Assembly: GCF_044704955.1 (NCBI RefSeq)
Contig: NC_091997.1
Location: 42,222,001-42,286,000 of the forward strand
DNA length: 64,000 nucleotides
Direction of reading: 5' to 3'
Source of the DNA: Pristiophorus japonicus
Taxonomy: Eukaryota
Below the pieces are notes generated by a model. That model was not told where the DNA came from, made no database searches, and was given only the letters and a program-made list of their open reading frames with translations. Both the position numbers and the translations under genes were made by a program. Positions 24,701 to 38,748 of the stretch are shown in pieces (position 1 is the first letter of the stretch; each line of letters starts with the position of its first letter).

Positions 24701-26121
24701 AAATGTCCTTGCAGGCGGACTGTCTTTTGTGGGGTAAGCGCGTGGTCTTGTGCAAGAAAGGCTGAGAAATGTTCAGCCATGAACTACACAGCATCCATGC
24801 AGGCATTGTAATGATGAAAGCCATAGCCAGATCCCATGTGTGGTGGCCCGGCATCGAATCAAATTCAGAGTCATGCATGCGCCAGTGTAACACTTGCTCT
24901 CAATTGAGCAATATAGCCAGAGAGGCACCTCTAAGTTTGTGGTCGTGATCCTCCAAACTGTGGTCTGGGATCCATGTTGACTATGCGGGCCCATTTCTAG
25001 GCAAAATGTTCTTGGTTGTTATGATACTTATTCAAAATGGATTGAATGTGTAATAATGTCTGTAAGCACATCCACCGCCACTGTCGAATGCCTACGAGCC
25101 ATGTTTGCCACACACAGCCTGCCTGATGTCCTAGTCAGCGACAATGGGCTGTGTTTCACCAGTGCTCAATTCAAGGAATTCCTGACCCACAATTGGATCA
25201 AGCACATCACATCTGCCCCGTTCAAGCTTGCATCCAACAGCCAGGCAGAACGGGCAGTTCAGACCATCAGGCAAAGCTTGAAATGGGTGTCGGAAGGCTC
25301 CCTGCAGACGCGACTGTCCCGAGTTCTGCTCAGCTACCACACCAGACCCTTCTCGCTCACCGGGGTTCCCCCAGCCGAGCTGCTCATGAAAAGGGTGCTC
25401 AAAACAAGGCTCTCTCTTGTCCACCCTGATCTGCATGATCACGTCGAGGGAAGGCGGCATCAACAAAGTATGTACCATGATCGCGCAAATTTGCCATGCA
25501 ATATTGAGGTCAATGATCCTGTGTTTGTACACAATTATAGAAATGCTCCCAAATGTCTCACTGGCGCATTCATAGACAAAAGAAGGGAGTAGGGTGTTTC
25601 AGGTCAAATTGGCCAATGGACAAAATGCAGAAAGCACTTGGACCAAATCAAATTACGGTTCACTAACAGCTACGAGCAACTCGAAGAGGACACCACCAAC
25701 TTCGACCCTCCAACACACACACAAGTGGTAACCGACATCATGGTTGACCATGAAGCCAAACTCACCATCCCCACCACCCCAGCAAGGCTGGCGGCCTAGC
25801 AGCCCAGTGAAGAATCAACAGCTCACCTACACCCGCATTTTTACTGAGACGATTGACAAGAGAGCGAAAAGCTCCAGAGTGTCTCACACTGTAAAGAAGT
25901 TTACTGTTGACTTTACGCGGGAGTGATGTTATGTATTTAACCCTTGGCAACCTGTATCACACCACCACCAGAGGGCCTAACTTTTGGAGTCCCAAAGGAT
26001 GCTGGTATATAAGCAGGCCACCCATGAGGTACCTGCACTCCGGAGTCTAATTAATGGAGCTAAGGTCATACTTACTCATTGCTTACGGTACTCAGTTACA
26101 TCCTTTATTATGAGCGTAACA
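21764..26121 (+). mobile_element. Gypsy (Mag-like) LTR retrotransposon, full-length, decayed
   Basis: About 195-bp LTRs at 21764-21958 and 25927-26121 (TG...CA); 5-bp TSD GAAAC at 21759-21763 and 26122-26126; PBS TGGCAACAAG at 21961. Domain order gag, PR (LNTGA), RT (RICGDY, FQDNIL), RNase H, integrase (VSDNG, SNSQAER). Confidence 0.95.
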
Positions 26122-26750
26122 GAAACATCTTAGTGCTAGCTGATATCATGCTGGGCCAACTTTATACAATTTGCTTAATTAGTTATACATGACATGCTCA
26201 CAGTCCATAGAGGTCCTTTGACTCTGAGGCTGCAATTATTTTAGATATTTTTTTGTTGGCCTTTCCAAAGTCTGTAAGGGGAAAAAGGAGTGATTGGCAA
26301 AACGTAAAGGAAAGCAAAATATATTTGGGGGCAGAAAACTGAAGCTGTGACAAAGTAATGAGAAGGTGTATCCTCTGAACCATCTTTTGATCTCAATATA
26401 TTTGATTTCATTGTTTATTTTTCAATGCAATGCCAATGATACTGTGCCCATGAAACTATTCAAGCTTATAACAAATAGTAACATGTTAGTTTAATTTTTC
26501 AGTTGTTCTGGATATTTCTGAGAGGGATCCAAAAAGTGCCCCTTTCCCTTCTGAAATCTGGATTTGAATCGATCCCATCCCAGACTAAAACCAGAGCCAT
26601 TGTCTCCTTCCAGTGGTCATTAGTGTTCTGGATTGAGAGCACAAAAATTGTTGAAAAGGAGTGAAAGTACTTTTGCGAAGTACCAATATAAATCTCCTTG
26701 TGGGTCTACCAAGAAGATAGACCCACAAGGAGATAATTCTTGTTTAAAGA

Positions 26751-27321
26751 ACACCTGGAATACTGCGTGTAGTTTGGTTTCCATATTTACGAAAGGATAT
26801 ACTTGTTTTGGAGGCAGTTCAGAGAAGATTCACTAGGTTGATTCCGGGGATGAGGGGTATGACTGATGAGGAAAGGTTGAGTAGGTTGGGCCTCTACTCA
26901 TTGGAATTCAGAAGAATGAAAGGTGATCTCATTGAAATGTATAAGATTATGAGGGGGCTTGACAAGGTGGATGCAGAGAGAATGTTTCCACTGATGGGGG
27001 AGACTAGAAGTAGAGGGCACGATTTTAGAATAAGGGGCCGCCCATTTAAAACAGAGATGAGGAGAAATTCCTTCTCTCAGAGGGTTGTAAATCTGTGGAA
27101 TTTGCTGCCTCAGAGAGCTGTGGAAGCTGGGACATTGAATAAATTTAAGACATAAATAGACAGTTTCATAAAAGATAAAGGGATAAGGGGTTATGGGGAG
27201 AGGGCAGGGAAGTGGAGCTGAGTCCATGATCAGATCAGCCATGATCTTATTGAATGGCGGAGCAGGCTCGAGAGGCAATATGGCATACTGCTGTTCCTAT
27301 TTCTTATGTTATTATGTTCTT
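26751..27321 (+). mobile_element. CR1 3' fragment
   Basis: ORF2 C-terminus (VQRRFTRLIPG...QRVVNLWN) plus a ttcttatg tail. Confidence 0.88.
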
Positions 27322-27699
27322 AGAGGAAAAAAATTACAAAACAAAAGAGCAGAAAAATATCTTGATTTTAATTCAGCAAACTTCAGGATCATCCTATGGA
27401 TGCAACCCTGACTCCACTTAGCTCACTTTGTTGATTCATTCAACAGTAAATCACTGACCACATGCAACTGTTTGTGTTCAAACTGAAAGTTTCCTGCCAG
27501 GGTACACACCTTGGACACCCTGCTCAGAGTTGTGTCGGAGCAGCCTGCTGTATTGATCTCTTCCAGGTTCACTCCCTCCCTACAGGGAAATGCCCAGCCT
27601 CCATTTGACGCTTCTCCACAACAATCCTGCTGGAGTAGGGAAGTAACCAGTGAGGGTGATCATGTTCTACCATTTAAGTTTGCCCTGTAGGAGACCATT

Positions 27700-28162
27700 G
27701 GAGGTAACAGTGTTTGGCGGCATACCACTGCAGGGAGCAGCATGTGCTGCTGAAGGAGTGCGACTGCTACGATGCCAGGTTTCTGATTGCTGCAGGCAGG
27801 CACCGCAGGAGAGATGAAGGAATGGCACGAGTCCGTAGAGTGAAGTGACCAGGGCCCAGGAGATGCATCAATCGGGGCCCAGAAGTGCGAGGGCCCAGGG
27901 GCAGCATGGTCCAGCCCACACTGCGATATGTGTGTGCGCTCGGTCTGTGCAGCAGGGCTGGTCTCCAGTTAGTCTTGGGTAATCCTTGCCACTGGACCAA
28001 GACCTCGCTCTGTAATGCCACGTTAAAAAAATCCAAGCACAGGCATCTTCCACCCTTCACGATGTCGATTGGGATCTGGAATATTAGGTCCTTCATTGAA
28101 ACATCTGTGAACTTATCCCATTTTGGCGTGGAAGCAAGTCATTCTCATTTCGAGGGATGATG
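27700..28162 (+). mobile_element. Bipartite RTE-derived element, independent insertion
   Basis: Similar to the reverse complement of 7486-7800; ends ggaagcaagtcattctcatttcgagggatgatg. The 5' boundary is approximate. Confidence 0.72.
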
Positions 28163-28246
28163 GTATTAGTGCCACAATGACACAAATAATTCCAACCTTC
28201 TTCAACAACTTTGTCCTTGTATCTTGAGACATCAGCAGTTGATCAC

Positions 28247-30306
28247 AGAACATAGAAACATAGAAATTTACAACGTAGAAGGATGTCATTTCGGCCCATC
28301 GTGTCTGCACCAGCCAACAAAGAGTCGCACAGCCCTTCATCAGCAGTCCTAAGATTACATATAAACCTATGAACAATAACGGAATGGCAAAGAGCATCCA
28401 GCGCAACCAGTCCACCCCACACCACTGCAACACCCCTTATAATAAAAACATTCTACACGCCAACCCAACTGGGGCCATGTGATCGCCTGGGAGAGGCAAA
28501 AACCAGATAAAAACCCAAGCCAATTTAGGGATAAAAAATCTGAGAAAATTCCTCTCTGACCCATCCAGGCGATCGAAACTAGTCCAGGAGATCACCCTGG
28601 CCGTATTCTATTCCCTGCAGTACTTACCATTATATCTGCGCCGACCAACAAAGGTCATCTAGTCTAATCCCAATTACCAGCTCTAGGTCCATGACCCTGC
28701 AGGTTACGGCACTTCACGTGCCCATCCAACCATCTCTTAAAAGTGATGAGGGTTTCTGCATCCACCACTCTTCCAGGCAGCGAGTTCCAGATCCCCACAA
28801 TCCTCTGTGTGAAGATGTCCCCCCTCAAATCTCCTCTAAACCCTCGACCATGATGTTCCCTCAGAATAGCCACCTCCACCAATAGAAATATCCACTATGT
28901 CCATGCTCCTCAATAATTTGTACACCTCGATGAGGTCTCCTCTCAACCTCCTCTGTTGCAATGAGAACAAACCCAACCTATCCAGTCTGTCCTCATAATT
29001 AAGATTCTCCATTCCAGGCATCCTAGTAAATCTCCTCTGCACCATCTCTAGTGCGATCACGTCCTTCTTATAATACGGTGACCAGAACTGCATGCAGTAT
29101 TTCAGCTGTGGCCTCACCAAAGTATAATACAATTTAAGCATAACCTCCCTGCTCTTATATTCTATGCCTTGGCCAATAAAGGCAAGCATTCCGTATGCCT
29201 TCTTAACCACCTTATCCACCTGGCCTGCTACTTTCAGGGATCTGTGGACAAGCACTCCAAGGTCTCTTAGTTCATTTACACTATTAAGTGGCCTACTGTT
29301 TAATGTGTATACCCTTTCCTTATTCGCCCTCCCAAAGTGCATCACCTCACACTTTTCTGAATTAAATTCCAATTGCCACTGCTCTGCCCACCTGACCAGT
29401 AGATTGATATCCAACTGCAGCCCATGATGTTCCTCTTCATTATCAACCACACCACCAATTTCAGAGTCGTCTGCAACCTTCTTAATCTTACTTCCTATTG
29501 TCAAATCTAAATCATCCTCTATAGCAGTATCTGCATTACCACAATCCTTTCTGAAAACAGATGCAAAGTATTCGTTAAGCACCCTACTAACATCTTCCGC
29601 CTCCTCACAAAGATTATCCTCATGATCTCTAATAGGCCTTACCCTTTCCTTAGCTACCCTCTTACTCGTAATATATTTATAGAAAATCTTTGGGTTTTCC
29701 TTAATTTTACTGGCCAAGAATGCCTTGTGATCTCTCTTAGCATTCCTAATATCCTTTTTAATTTTACCTCTTATCTTTCTATATTTCTCTAAAGATTCTA
29801 AAGTATTTACCCATTGATATGTGATATAAGCGTCCTTTTTTTTCTTAATCGTCCCCTGTAAGTTCCTAGACATCCAGCGGGCTCTAGAATTATTTTTCCC
29901 AGCTTTTTTCTTTAAGGGCACATGTTAGGCCTGAATCTATCAGAATTCCTCCTTGAATGCCTCCCACTGTTTCAACACAGATTTACCCACAAGAGCTGTT
30001 TCCAGTCCACTATGGCCAAATCATTCCTTAACTTAGTAAAATTAGCTTTTCCCCAATTTGGAACTTTTATCCCAGGCCTATTCTTGTCCTTATCCATAAC
30101 AAACCTGAATCTGACTGAAGTATGGTCACTGGCGTCCAAATGCTCCTCCACTAGTACCCCTTCAACTTGCCCAGCTTCAGTCCCGAAACTAAATCCAAGA
30201 CAGCCCCGTCTTGCATGGGGCTTGCTACATACTGACTAAAAAAGTTCTCTTGAAAGCAATTCAAGAATTCTGCAACCTCTATACCCTTCACACTAAATTT
30301 GTCCCA
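28247..30306 (-). mobile_element. CR1 LINE with internal deletion and long 3' UTR
   Basis: ORF 28836-29921 joins pre-RT sequence directly to the late RT and C-terminus; (aacataga)n tail at about 28247-28267. Confidence 0.85.
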
Positions 30307-30959
30307 ATCATTTTATATTTAATAATGCATCATAACAACAGGGATTTATAACACACAAAATGAAAGGAACAAACACCTGATCAAATTTAGTACAAAATGG
30401 ATATGTGTAAATGATAACTCTTCCATGTATATATGTGCAAATAATTAGCCTCTCTGATACTGTACTTGCTCGGTCTGAATTTGATTTTATGTCAGTTATA
30501 TATTTATCCAAAGTTTCCTCTGGATTCACTTTCTCATAATTACACCCTGAATGAGGCAGCTAATTCGAAATGTTTAAAACATTTTTGCTGTAAACTAGTA
30601 CAAAGTGCATGTTGCCTAACTTAAAATTGTATCATGTCTTATTCATATTGTTTATTGTAGTTGAAACTGCTTTATATTGCTTACATAATGATTGAAACCC
30701 CACTGAGGAATATCAGCAATGATTGCTGCCATCTAGAATTACAAAACAATGCACAAGAGAAAGAAGTTAAATAGACACACAGTTGTATAAAGGATGAAGA
30801 AGAGTTACATGGAAAATGAATATGAAATTAAAACAGGAAGTGCTGGAAATTCACAGCACATCAATCAGCATGAGAAAGAGAAATGTGGCTTGTTGCTTCG
30901 GGAATACCCTTCAATATCTTTCTAGATAGAACCAATAGTATTGAAGGTTATTGCCGAAA

Positions 30960-32700
30960 CAATCAGTTCCCTTTAAATACATGTCCAAGTGTCTGTTAAA
31001 AGTTCCCATGGAATCTGATTCCACTACCCACTAAGGTCTAGATCTTAAGAAACCTCTGTGTGAAAAATATTCTGCTCTTGATCTTTAGCAAATTATTTAA
31101 ATCGATGATCTCTGGTTACCTAGCCACTTGCCACAGGAAACACATTCTCCCTACTTGCTCCATCAAAATCCCTCATAATTCTGAATACATCTTTTAGGAC
31201 TCCTCTTAACCTTCATTGCTCTAAGGAGAATATTCCCAGCATCTCCAATTTCTCTACATAACTGAAATCCCTCATCCCTGTTATCATCCTGGGAAACATC
31301 CTCTGTAACCTCGCCAAGGCTTTGGCATCCTTTCTAAAGTTGGTGCCCAGAATTGTACACATTACTCCAGCTGAGGCCTAACCAGTGATTTGTAAAAGTT
31401 TAGCATGACTTTCTTGCTTTGGATTCAAGTTACAAAGCTAACTATCGCTTCCCCTTACTTAGCCACCTCATCAACTTTCGCTGCCACCTTTAAAGACTTG
31501 TGAATGTGCATCCCCAGGTCCCTCTGCTTCTTCACCTCCACAAAATAGTATCATTTAGATTATACTGACTCGCCTTGCTGTTCTCCCCAAAGTGCATCAC
31601 TTCACAACTATCCACATTAAATTGCATCTTCCATGTGTCTTCCCATTACACCAGTCTGCCTCTGTCCTCCTGAATCTGCTACTATACTACTCACTATTTA
31701 CTACCTTACCAAGTTTTGTATCATTCCCAAACTTCAAAATTGTACTCCTTGTAGAAGAAAAGCAATGGTCCTAATATTGAACACTGGGGGACCCCATGCA
31801 TACTTCCCTACACTCAGAAAAATCATCCATTCACCATTGCTCTCTGCTTCCTCCTGCTCAGCCAACGATGTACCCAAGTTGCCACTGTCCTTTTATATCA
31901 AGTGCTTTTATTTTGTGAATAATGCTGTTATGTGGCACTTGATCAAATGCCTTTTGAAAGTCCATGGGGCTAGAGATTTGCCTCATGCTCTAAACGTTAT
32001 ATGTCGCACGTGATATTCAGTTCCACTGACTGGATCCAGCACTGCTTTAGTCCTCGTTGGGCCACAAACATACTGATTAATAAGGTTTTCCTATATATAT
32101 TTGAGGAATTCTTCACCCTCCTTGCCCATTACTCTGTTCCCCCAGCCCTCCGCCCCCCCCCCCCACGCCCCCCACACACCCCAGTCGATATTAGGTTAAT
32201 TGAAGTCCCCTACTATTACTGCTCTATTATTTTTATATTTCTCTGTAATTTAGCTACAGATTTTCTCCTCTACCTCATTCTCATTGTTTGGGAGTCTACA
32301 CGAATCACCCAGGGAAGTAACAGCTCCCTTTCTGTTCCTTAACTCTAAGCAAATAGATTCAATCTTTCAAACCTCGAGTATATTGTCCCTCTGTCGACCT
32401 GTAATATTATCCTTGATCAATACTGCCAAAACTCCTCCTGTAATTTTTTTTTCTTCCCTATCCCTCTTGAATACATTGTAGGCAGAAATTTTTAATTCCC
32501 ATTCCTGTCCATGTTTAAGCCAGGTCTTTGTTATAGCCGTTATATCATAACACCCATTTGGCAACTTTCGCCTGTAGCTCGTCAACCTTATTTGTAACAC
32601 TCCTCGCGCTAACACACATGCATTCCAACACTATGTTAGTCGGCTTTGCATTTTTCCTCCATTTATTTCCTGTTCTTTCTACACTATTCTTTGTTCTGTT
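30960..32700 (-). mobile_element. Older degenerate CR1 LINE
   Basis: Endonuclease remnants (YDITAITKTWL at 32367-32615) and RT/C-terminal remnants on the minus strand. Confidence 0.72.
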
Positions 32701-32904
32701 ACTGTTCGTCCCACCTAGCAATCATTTTGAAGGAAACTGAAAAAATAAGCTCGTATATGTATACTCATACTATTTTCACCTCTTTATATGCATACCTGTA
32801 TATATATTTATATATATATATATGGAGAAATGTAACATGATATATTTTTCTGTGATATGACTATACCTGACTTATTGCAAAGGTCAGTTTATAGAAGAAG
32901 CAAG

Positions 32905-33128
32905 AAAGACCTGGCATTTATATAATTTCTTACACAACCTCAGAACATGATAATGTGATTTGCAGCCAATAAAGTACTTTTAAAGTGTTTGGAAACGCGG
33001 CAGCCAAATTGCACACAACAAGGTCCCACAAACAGTAATGAGATAATGACCAGATAATTAATTGGTCGGGGATAAATATTGGACAGAACACAAGGACAAA
33101 TCACCTTCAGAAAAGTGCCATGGGATCA
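32905..33128 (-). mobile_element. DeuSINE (SacSINE1-like) partial copy
   Basis: Similar to 63590-63830 (ggaaacgcggcagccaaattgcacaca...cccacaaacag...ataatgacc). Confidence 0.65.
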
Positions 33129-33359
33129 CCCAAAGTCTGAACAAAGACAGCGACCTGAGAAGTTTCCGATATAAAACGTTTCCGTATTTTAGGATCTTAA
33201 CAAATATATAAAATATTATTGTATTAATTGCGATTTTAAGTCCCGGGACCTGAGGAACAGCTGATGTGACATTTAGAGAACAATCTCCCTGTATTTAATA
33301 TCGAAGACTATTTCTTGTACCCTCGTTGATGAGAGGCAACGCCACCTTTTAATTAAGCA

Positions 33360-33370
33360 GAAAGTGAAAG
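33360..33370 (+). promoter_or_regulatory. IRF-binding element (GAAAGTGAAAG) upstream of IFN-A2
   Basis: IRF-E/PRDI-like motif at the position paralogous to 173-182. Confidence 0.65.
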
Positions 33371-33638
33371 GTTTCAAATGACAAAATCACTTTGGAAAGG
33401 AATGAAACGTTTCCCTGAAAAGCAACTGCGGTTAGAATCAAAATCGATTAATTTTTTGTAACGTCAAAGGAATATCCTGGTGTGCCCCTTAAAATGGGCA
33501 CACCTCGCCCAGAAAGAATATTCCTTTCAATCTAACAATGAAGCAGAGCAGCTCGTGCAGATATTGTTGTCGGAGCTGAACCCCGATACAGCCGGTTTGT
33601 GAAGTTCCAGATCGCTGCTTTTCCCGGTGTTGGTGAAG

Positions 33639-35168
33639 ATGTTTTTTCCGAGTGTCGGGAGACTCTGGATTTTGTTCCTCTTGTTGCCCGGGACCCTGAG
33701 CCAGGACTGCCAGAGGCTGCGGTTACTTGAAGAGATTAATAATGAGGCTCTCCTCGCCCTGCGTGAAATGGTGAGTTTATTCGGTGACCCGGCGATTAGA
33801 CTAACCAATCTTAACCACCAGTTTCTCGGGATAATTTCCTGTCGGGGAACGGCTGAGATTGAATCGGTTTTATTACAAAATGCATCAACCGATATGGAAT
33901 ATTTCATTGGTGGAATTCACATTGATGTATTAAAATAACGAAGAAATTGTGCAGAAACCGTTTAACATTTTGTATAAAGAATGATTGATTCCTTTAGACG
34001 GTTAGTTAAATATACGAGAGCTAAAATCTTTGAACAAATTGTTCAATGACAATGAATGATTACAGCCGTTTTCGGGGAAACATTTCTGAGAGTAAGTAGC
34101 GATTGTGAAGCATGTGCCCGGAGCCGGTTCTGACAGTTACTCTCTCCTGTTGCAGGGAAAGCCCTTTCCACTACAGTGTCTATCAGAAAGAGCATCACTC
34201 AGCAACAATTCCCTGAACCTGCACCAGCTCAGCAACAGGGTACAGGTGAGTGCACATTGTACACTGTGTAATCATTCCGCTAATGTGGCCAGGAGCAATT
34301 ACCGTGTGGAAAATATATCCACATTAACAAAATAAAACGGACGTAAATCATTTTTAAAGTGAGCGCATTACTTTATTCATTTTAATAAGGCTAAAAATTT
34401 AGTGTTAGGCAACACTCTGCGGAAAGATTTGTCTACTTGAACGAATGAGTTAGTCTGCTCAGAAAAATGGGATAACTAACCTACAGCGGAATGTGGTAGG
34501 AACCAATTAGTTGTTAACACAGTATTATTACCTGCAACAATCTCCATGCTGTGGTTTTAAATTCAGTCACTTTAAATATTTGCATCTACAGATGACCATT
34601 CAATTACGATATAGCTGATTGCGGTGATTGGCTGTGAATTTTGTCCTATCACGAGCTGGATAAATGGGAACAAATCCCCTCTGATGACATTGTGTGTGTT
34701 TTGCACAGAGCCAGGACAGGATCCAGATTGTTCATCAAACACTGCGTCACCTCACCAAGATCTACAGCATGAACCTGGGCTCAGTCACATGGGCCCGGGA
34801 CAAGGTGGAAACCTTCCGTCTGCTCCTGGATGGGCAGCTCGGGGAGCTGAAAGAATGTGTCCGGAAACCGGGCTCAGACTCCAGGCCGAGGAGATTCTCC
34901 TCCATTAACAAATACTTTAAGAAACTGAGAATGTTTCTCGAACAGAAGGTGGGACAATTGATTATTTAACTGTGTGATTACTGATGTGTCGCTCATTTCA
35001 CCCCATTTAATTCTGTTCATTCTCTAAAAAATTTTCCTGAATATTTCTCTTTTTCAGACATTCAGTGACTGCGCATGGGAAATAGTCCGCGTTGAGACCA
35101 GGGCCCGTTTACAACAGATTCGTACCATAATGGGGAAAATTAGAAGAGATAAACATTTACATGTTTAG
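33639..35168 (+). CDS. IFN1: Type I interferon, subtype A copy 2; intact, 190 aa; exons 33639-33770, 34156-34245, 34709-34948, 35058-35168
   Basis: Close paralog of 444-1963 with the same exon 1-3 sizes, splice sites, 4 Cys and CAWE motif; C-terminus IRRDKHLHV*. Confidence 0.92.
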
Positions 35169-37689
35169 TAGAGATTGGTATTGGTGATTATTTATTTTAA
35201 AATGTTTGTATGTTATGTTAAGTGTTGCTCTGTTGTTCAATCAACCGCATAAACCAGCAAAAAAAAGCCTAGAGGAACCTAAAGATAGGGACTGCGAACA
35301 TTGATTTACTTTTTACATTGTTTTGTTTCAAGGGAAAAAATATTTATTATAACATTATTCATGGCAAAATACATTGATTGAAAATATTTATTTTGTATTG
35401 AAGATACTTGGTGCACGACAGATATGCTCATTGCGTATGTATCTGTCGATATATATATATATATATAAAGCACATACAGTTGTATAATTTGATAAGACAT
35501 GTTTATTCAAAGCAGTTTCGTACGAAATTACAGTGAAACCATAAATATTTTGTACGTTCATTACTTTTATGAAGTGCCTTTTATTTTAGAACAATGTTTG
35601 TGTCTTTGGTCTGTTTATGTGCGATGAAAGGGCAGAAAAATGGAAGTTGACATTAAATACAGAAATGTGGAAAACTATAAAATTCCATCCCGAAAACTCT
35701 TCAACACTTCAACTCGTCTCATGTCTTCCTAATTTATTGACATTTATAGTTCTGATGTCTTCATGTAATTAAATATTGTAGTTAAATAAAATGCGTAAAA
35801 TGAAAATCAAAAGACGTGTTAATTTATTGGTATTTATTAAGAGTTGGGAATAGACAATGTTTTTCTAAACTGGAAACTTTTTATACTGGATGAAAACATG
35901 TTGGTGTAAATAAAACGTTTTCAATATTACACTTTTACTGGAGTGATATTTCTTTCTCGTTTGTTTCTGTCAGTTTTCCACACTATAAATTCTCTGGATT
36001 GCCACAGCTACTGCCTGTTACTGGGACTCCCTCTCCGCTCTCCTCTCTCCACTGCCCGCTTGTTCCTGACCAGTCAAAACTCTGAATCCTTTTTTACCCA
36101 ATTTTGGGCCCAATTTTCCATCTCCTAGACAGTACCACTGTTTTACTTTTCTGCTACCCAACTGAGTATTCTCACTTCACGCCATTGTCTCCAGTGCAAG
36201 ATTGTGAAGGCACAAAACAACACGCTCATGGACAAAGGCTGCAACCATATCATAACAGCTGACTTATCAAAATAGAATTACAAATGTTGAGCAATTTTCA
36301 ATGGTAAAAGATGGGGAAAAAAACGTAATCAGAACTTGTGATTACCTTCAGTGAGATTTGTGGCTTAAAGATTAGTTATTCTACCTTGATCTTTTACATG
36401 ATAGTTTACATGGGCCAGTTAACCGACACTGTTGCTGTATTTGCAAATCCTACACCTTAAACTTTCCACGACCCATTCACCAACCTACCACGCCCAACAA
36501 CAGCCCGACATCGTTACCTTTACTTTTTCTGAGCCAGTGTGCAGTTTGTGAAATCAGACGGTCAAGTTCACACGGGCAAGACCTATTGTAAATGTTGGTA
36601 CTGGACTTTACAATGGGAGAAAGTTAGGTCAAATAGTGTGACACAAACGTGACATCAGGAAGTCAGTCTGTGCAGAAGGAAATGTGCAAGGCTCTAAGAT
36701 TATTATTTACTATAGATTAATGTGTTGTTGCAATTACTTACTATTTCCCTTTATGTTTACGACCAGTGTTTACCATATAGTGTAATAAAATAATTGAATC
36801 ATGCAGCAGACAATGAGGCCGTGCGGTGCATCATGTCTGTACTGGCTCTTTGAAACAGCTATCCAATTAATCCCCTTCCCCTGCCTCTTCCCCAGAGCCC
36901 AGCAAATTCCCCCTTCAAGTATTTCTCCAATTCCCTTTTGATAATTATTATTGCCTCTGCTTACGCCATCTTTTCAGGCCGTGCATTCCAGATCAGATCA
37001 AGAATAAATATCTGATCATCACACCTCTGGATAAGACCATAATAAATAGGAGCAGGTGTAGGCCATCCGGACCCTGAGCCTGCTCCACCATTCAACAAGC
37101 TCAGAGCTGATATTCTACCTCAACCCCACTGTCCAGCCCTATCCCCAGCGCCCTTAATTCCCTTAGTGTCCAACAATATAGGAAGATAAGAACTAGAAGC
37201 AGGAGTAGGAGAAACAGGAGCAGGAGTAATTATCTTAAATCTGTGCAGTCCGGATACTGACCCTTCTGCCACAGGAAGCAGCATCTCCTTATTTACCTAG
37301 AAAAACTATTTTCCCTCAATCTCCCTAATCTGTGTTTCGCCTGCGTTCTATACTTTTAAAAATCATTCTTATTACATTCTTCATCATAGATTACAATTAT
37401 AGGCATATTTTGAAATGTTACTTTTATTCTGACCTCTCCCGCTCACCTTTGACCCCCAGCCTCGGATGTTCAGTGAAATATGCCCAAACTAAAAGATTTG
37501 ATGAACAGATTCTCACCAACACATGATCTCTGTAAATTGCTGCAATCTGATAGTTTAACTGAAGCGACAATAACTGGCTGCCGCTGTCTACACCTAGAGC
37601 TCCTGGGATCTCAGTCCCAGAGCCACTCGACGGGAGTTTTTGTTCGCGGTTACAGCTGAGAGTGATTTTGTGACATTCCCTGTGTAACC

Positions 37690-37822
37690 GGGGAAATCCC
37701 GGATATCCCAAACCTTTCCCAGCTCTCTCTCCCCCTCTCAGTTTGAGCCGGTCTGTTTACAAACAATCCTCACTTTCCGAAATGACGAAACTCGTCACTT
37801 TCCCTGAGACACTTTCGCTTTC
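37690..37822. promoter_or_regulatory. Distal NF-kB + IRF cluster upstream of IFN-B2
   Basis: GGGGAAATCCC at 37690-37700 and ACTTTCGCTTTC at 37811-37822; paralogous to 4911-5043. Confidence 0.6.
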
Positions 37823-38393
37823 GCTCCAATGGAACAAGGCTCATTTCCAGAGAGAAACTGACACGGACACTTTCCCGGGAGAGAGACAAAAAAAACGGTG
37901 AAAGAAAAGGCATCGGGATCATGTTCGGACTCAGAGTCGAAGCGGATTCAATATTCTTTAAAACAAAATCTCAAAATGACTCCAGGAAACAGCCCAGAAA
38001 TGAGAAACAACTTCGACTTAAAGAGCAGAGTCTCGGACAGGGGACTCCGGGCGGTGACAGCGGGCATCAAGCGGTGCCCTGGGCTGTGAGCCGGGCTCTC
38101 TGCAATGTCCAAGCTGCGAAGTGTGAACAGTCCCAGCGCGATGTGAACACACCGGGGAGAGAGCGGGTTTAAAATGGAGCCGCTATGTCTGGAGCCGGAT
38201 GTCAGCACTAAAATCCGCGGCCCCGGGATTCCCGCTGTCCGTGTCACTGTAATCCGGATTATAAGATACTGCCCCCCAACACATGTCCACACTCCCCCAA
38301 TACAGAGCCTCCCTCTGCACCACCTTAGTGCCCCGGGGACCCGAATCCACACAACACGGAGCTGGAGCCCAGCGCTGGTTGGGATCTTCTCTC

Positions 38394-38517
38394 GGGGATT
38401 TTCCAGTCGCTGCTTCAGGAATCTCAAGCTTTCGGATTCCTCACCTTAGACAGGAACCGCACAAACTTTTGCTCTCCTGCCGCTCTTCCAAAACTCCTGC
38501 AGCCCGATTTCACTTTT
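38394..38517. promoter_or_regulatory. Proximal NF-kB and IRF-E sites of IFN-B2
   Basis: GGGGATTTTCC at 38394-38404 and TTTCACTTTT at 38508-38517. Confidence 0.5.
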
Positions 38518-38748
38518 GGAATGTAATGCCACCGATTAAAACTGCCAGCATGGCAGTGCCCGCTCCCAGCTGTATCCAGCCGCACTCCCACATAACTCGG
38601 CAACACAGGCGGCCGCTCCCGGATCACAAGCCGCTGCATTTCTACTTCCAGACTTTCATTCGGTGACAAGAACCGTTTCGGGAGCTGAACCCGGATCCGC
38701 TCGGCTTCTGATCCTTCAGATCGGTGCTTTACCCTGAGTCGGTTGAGC

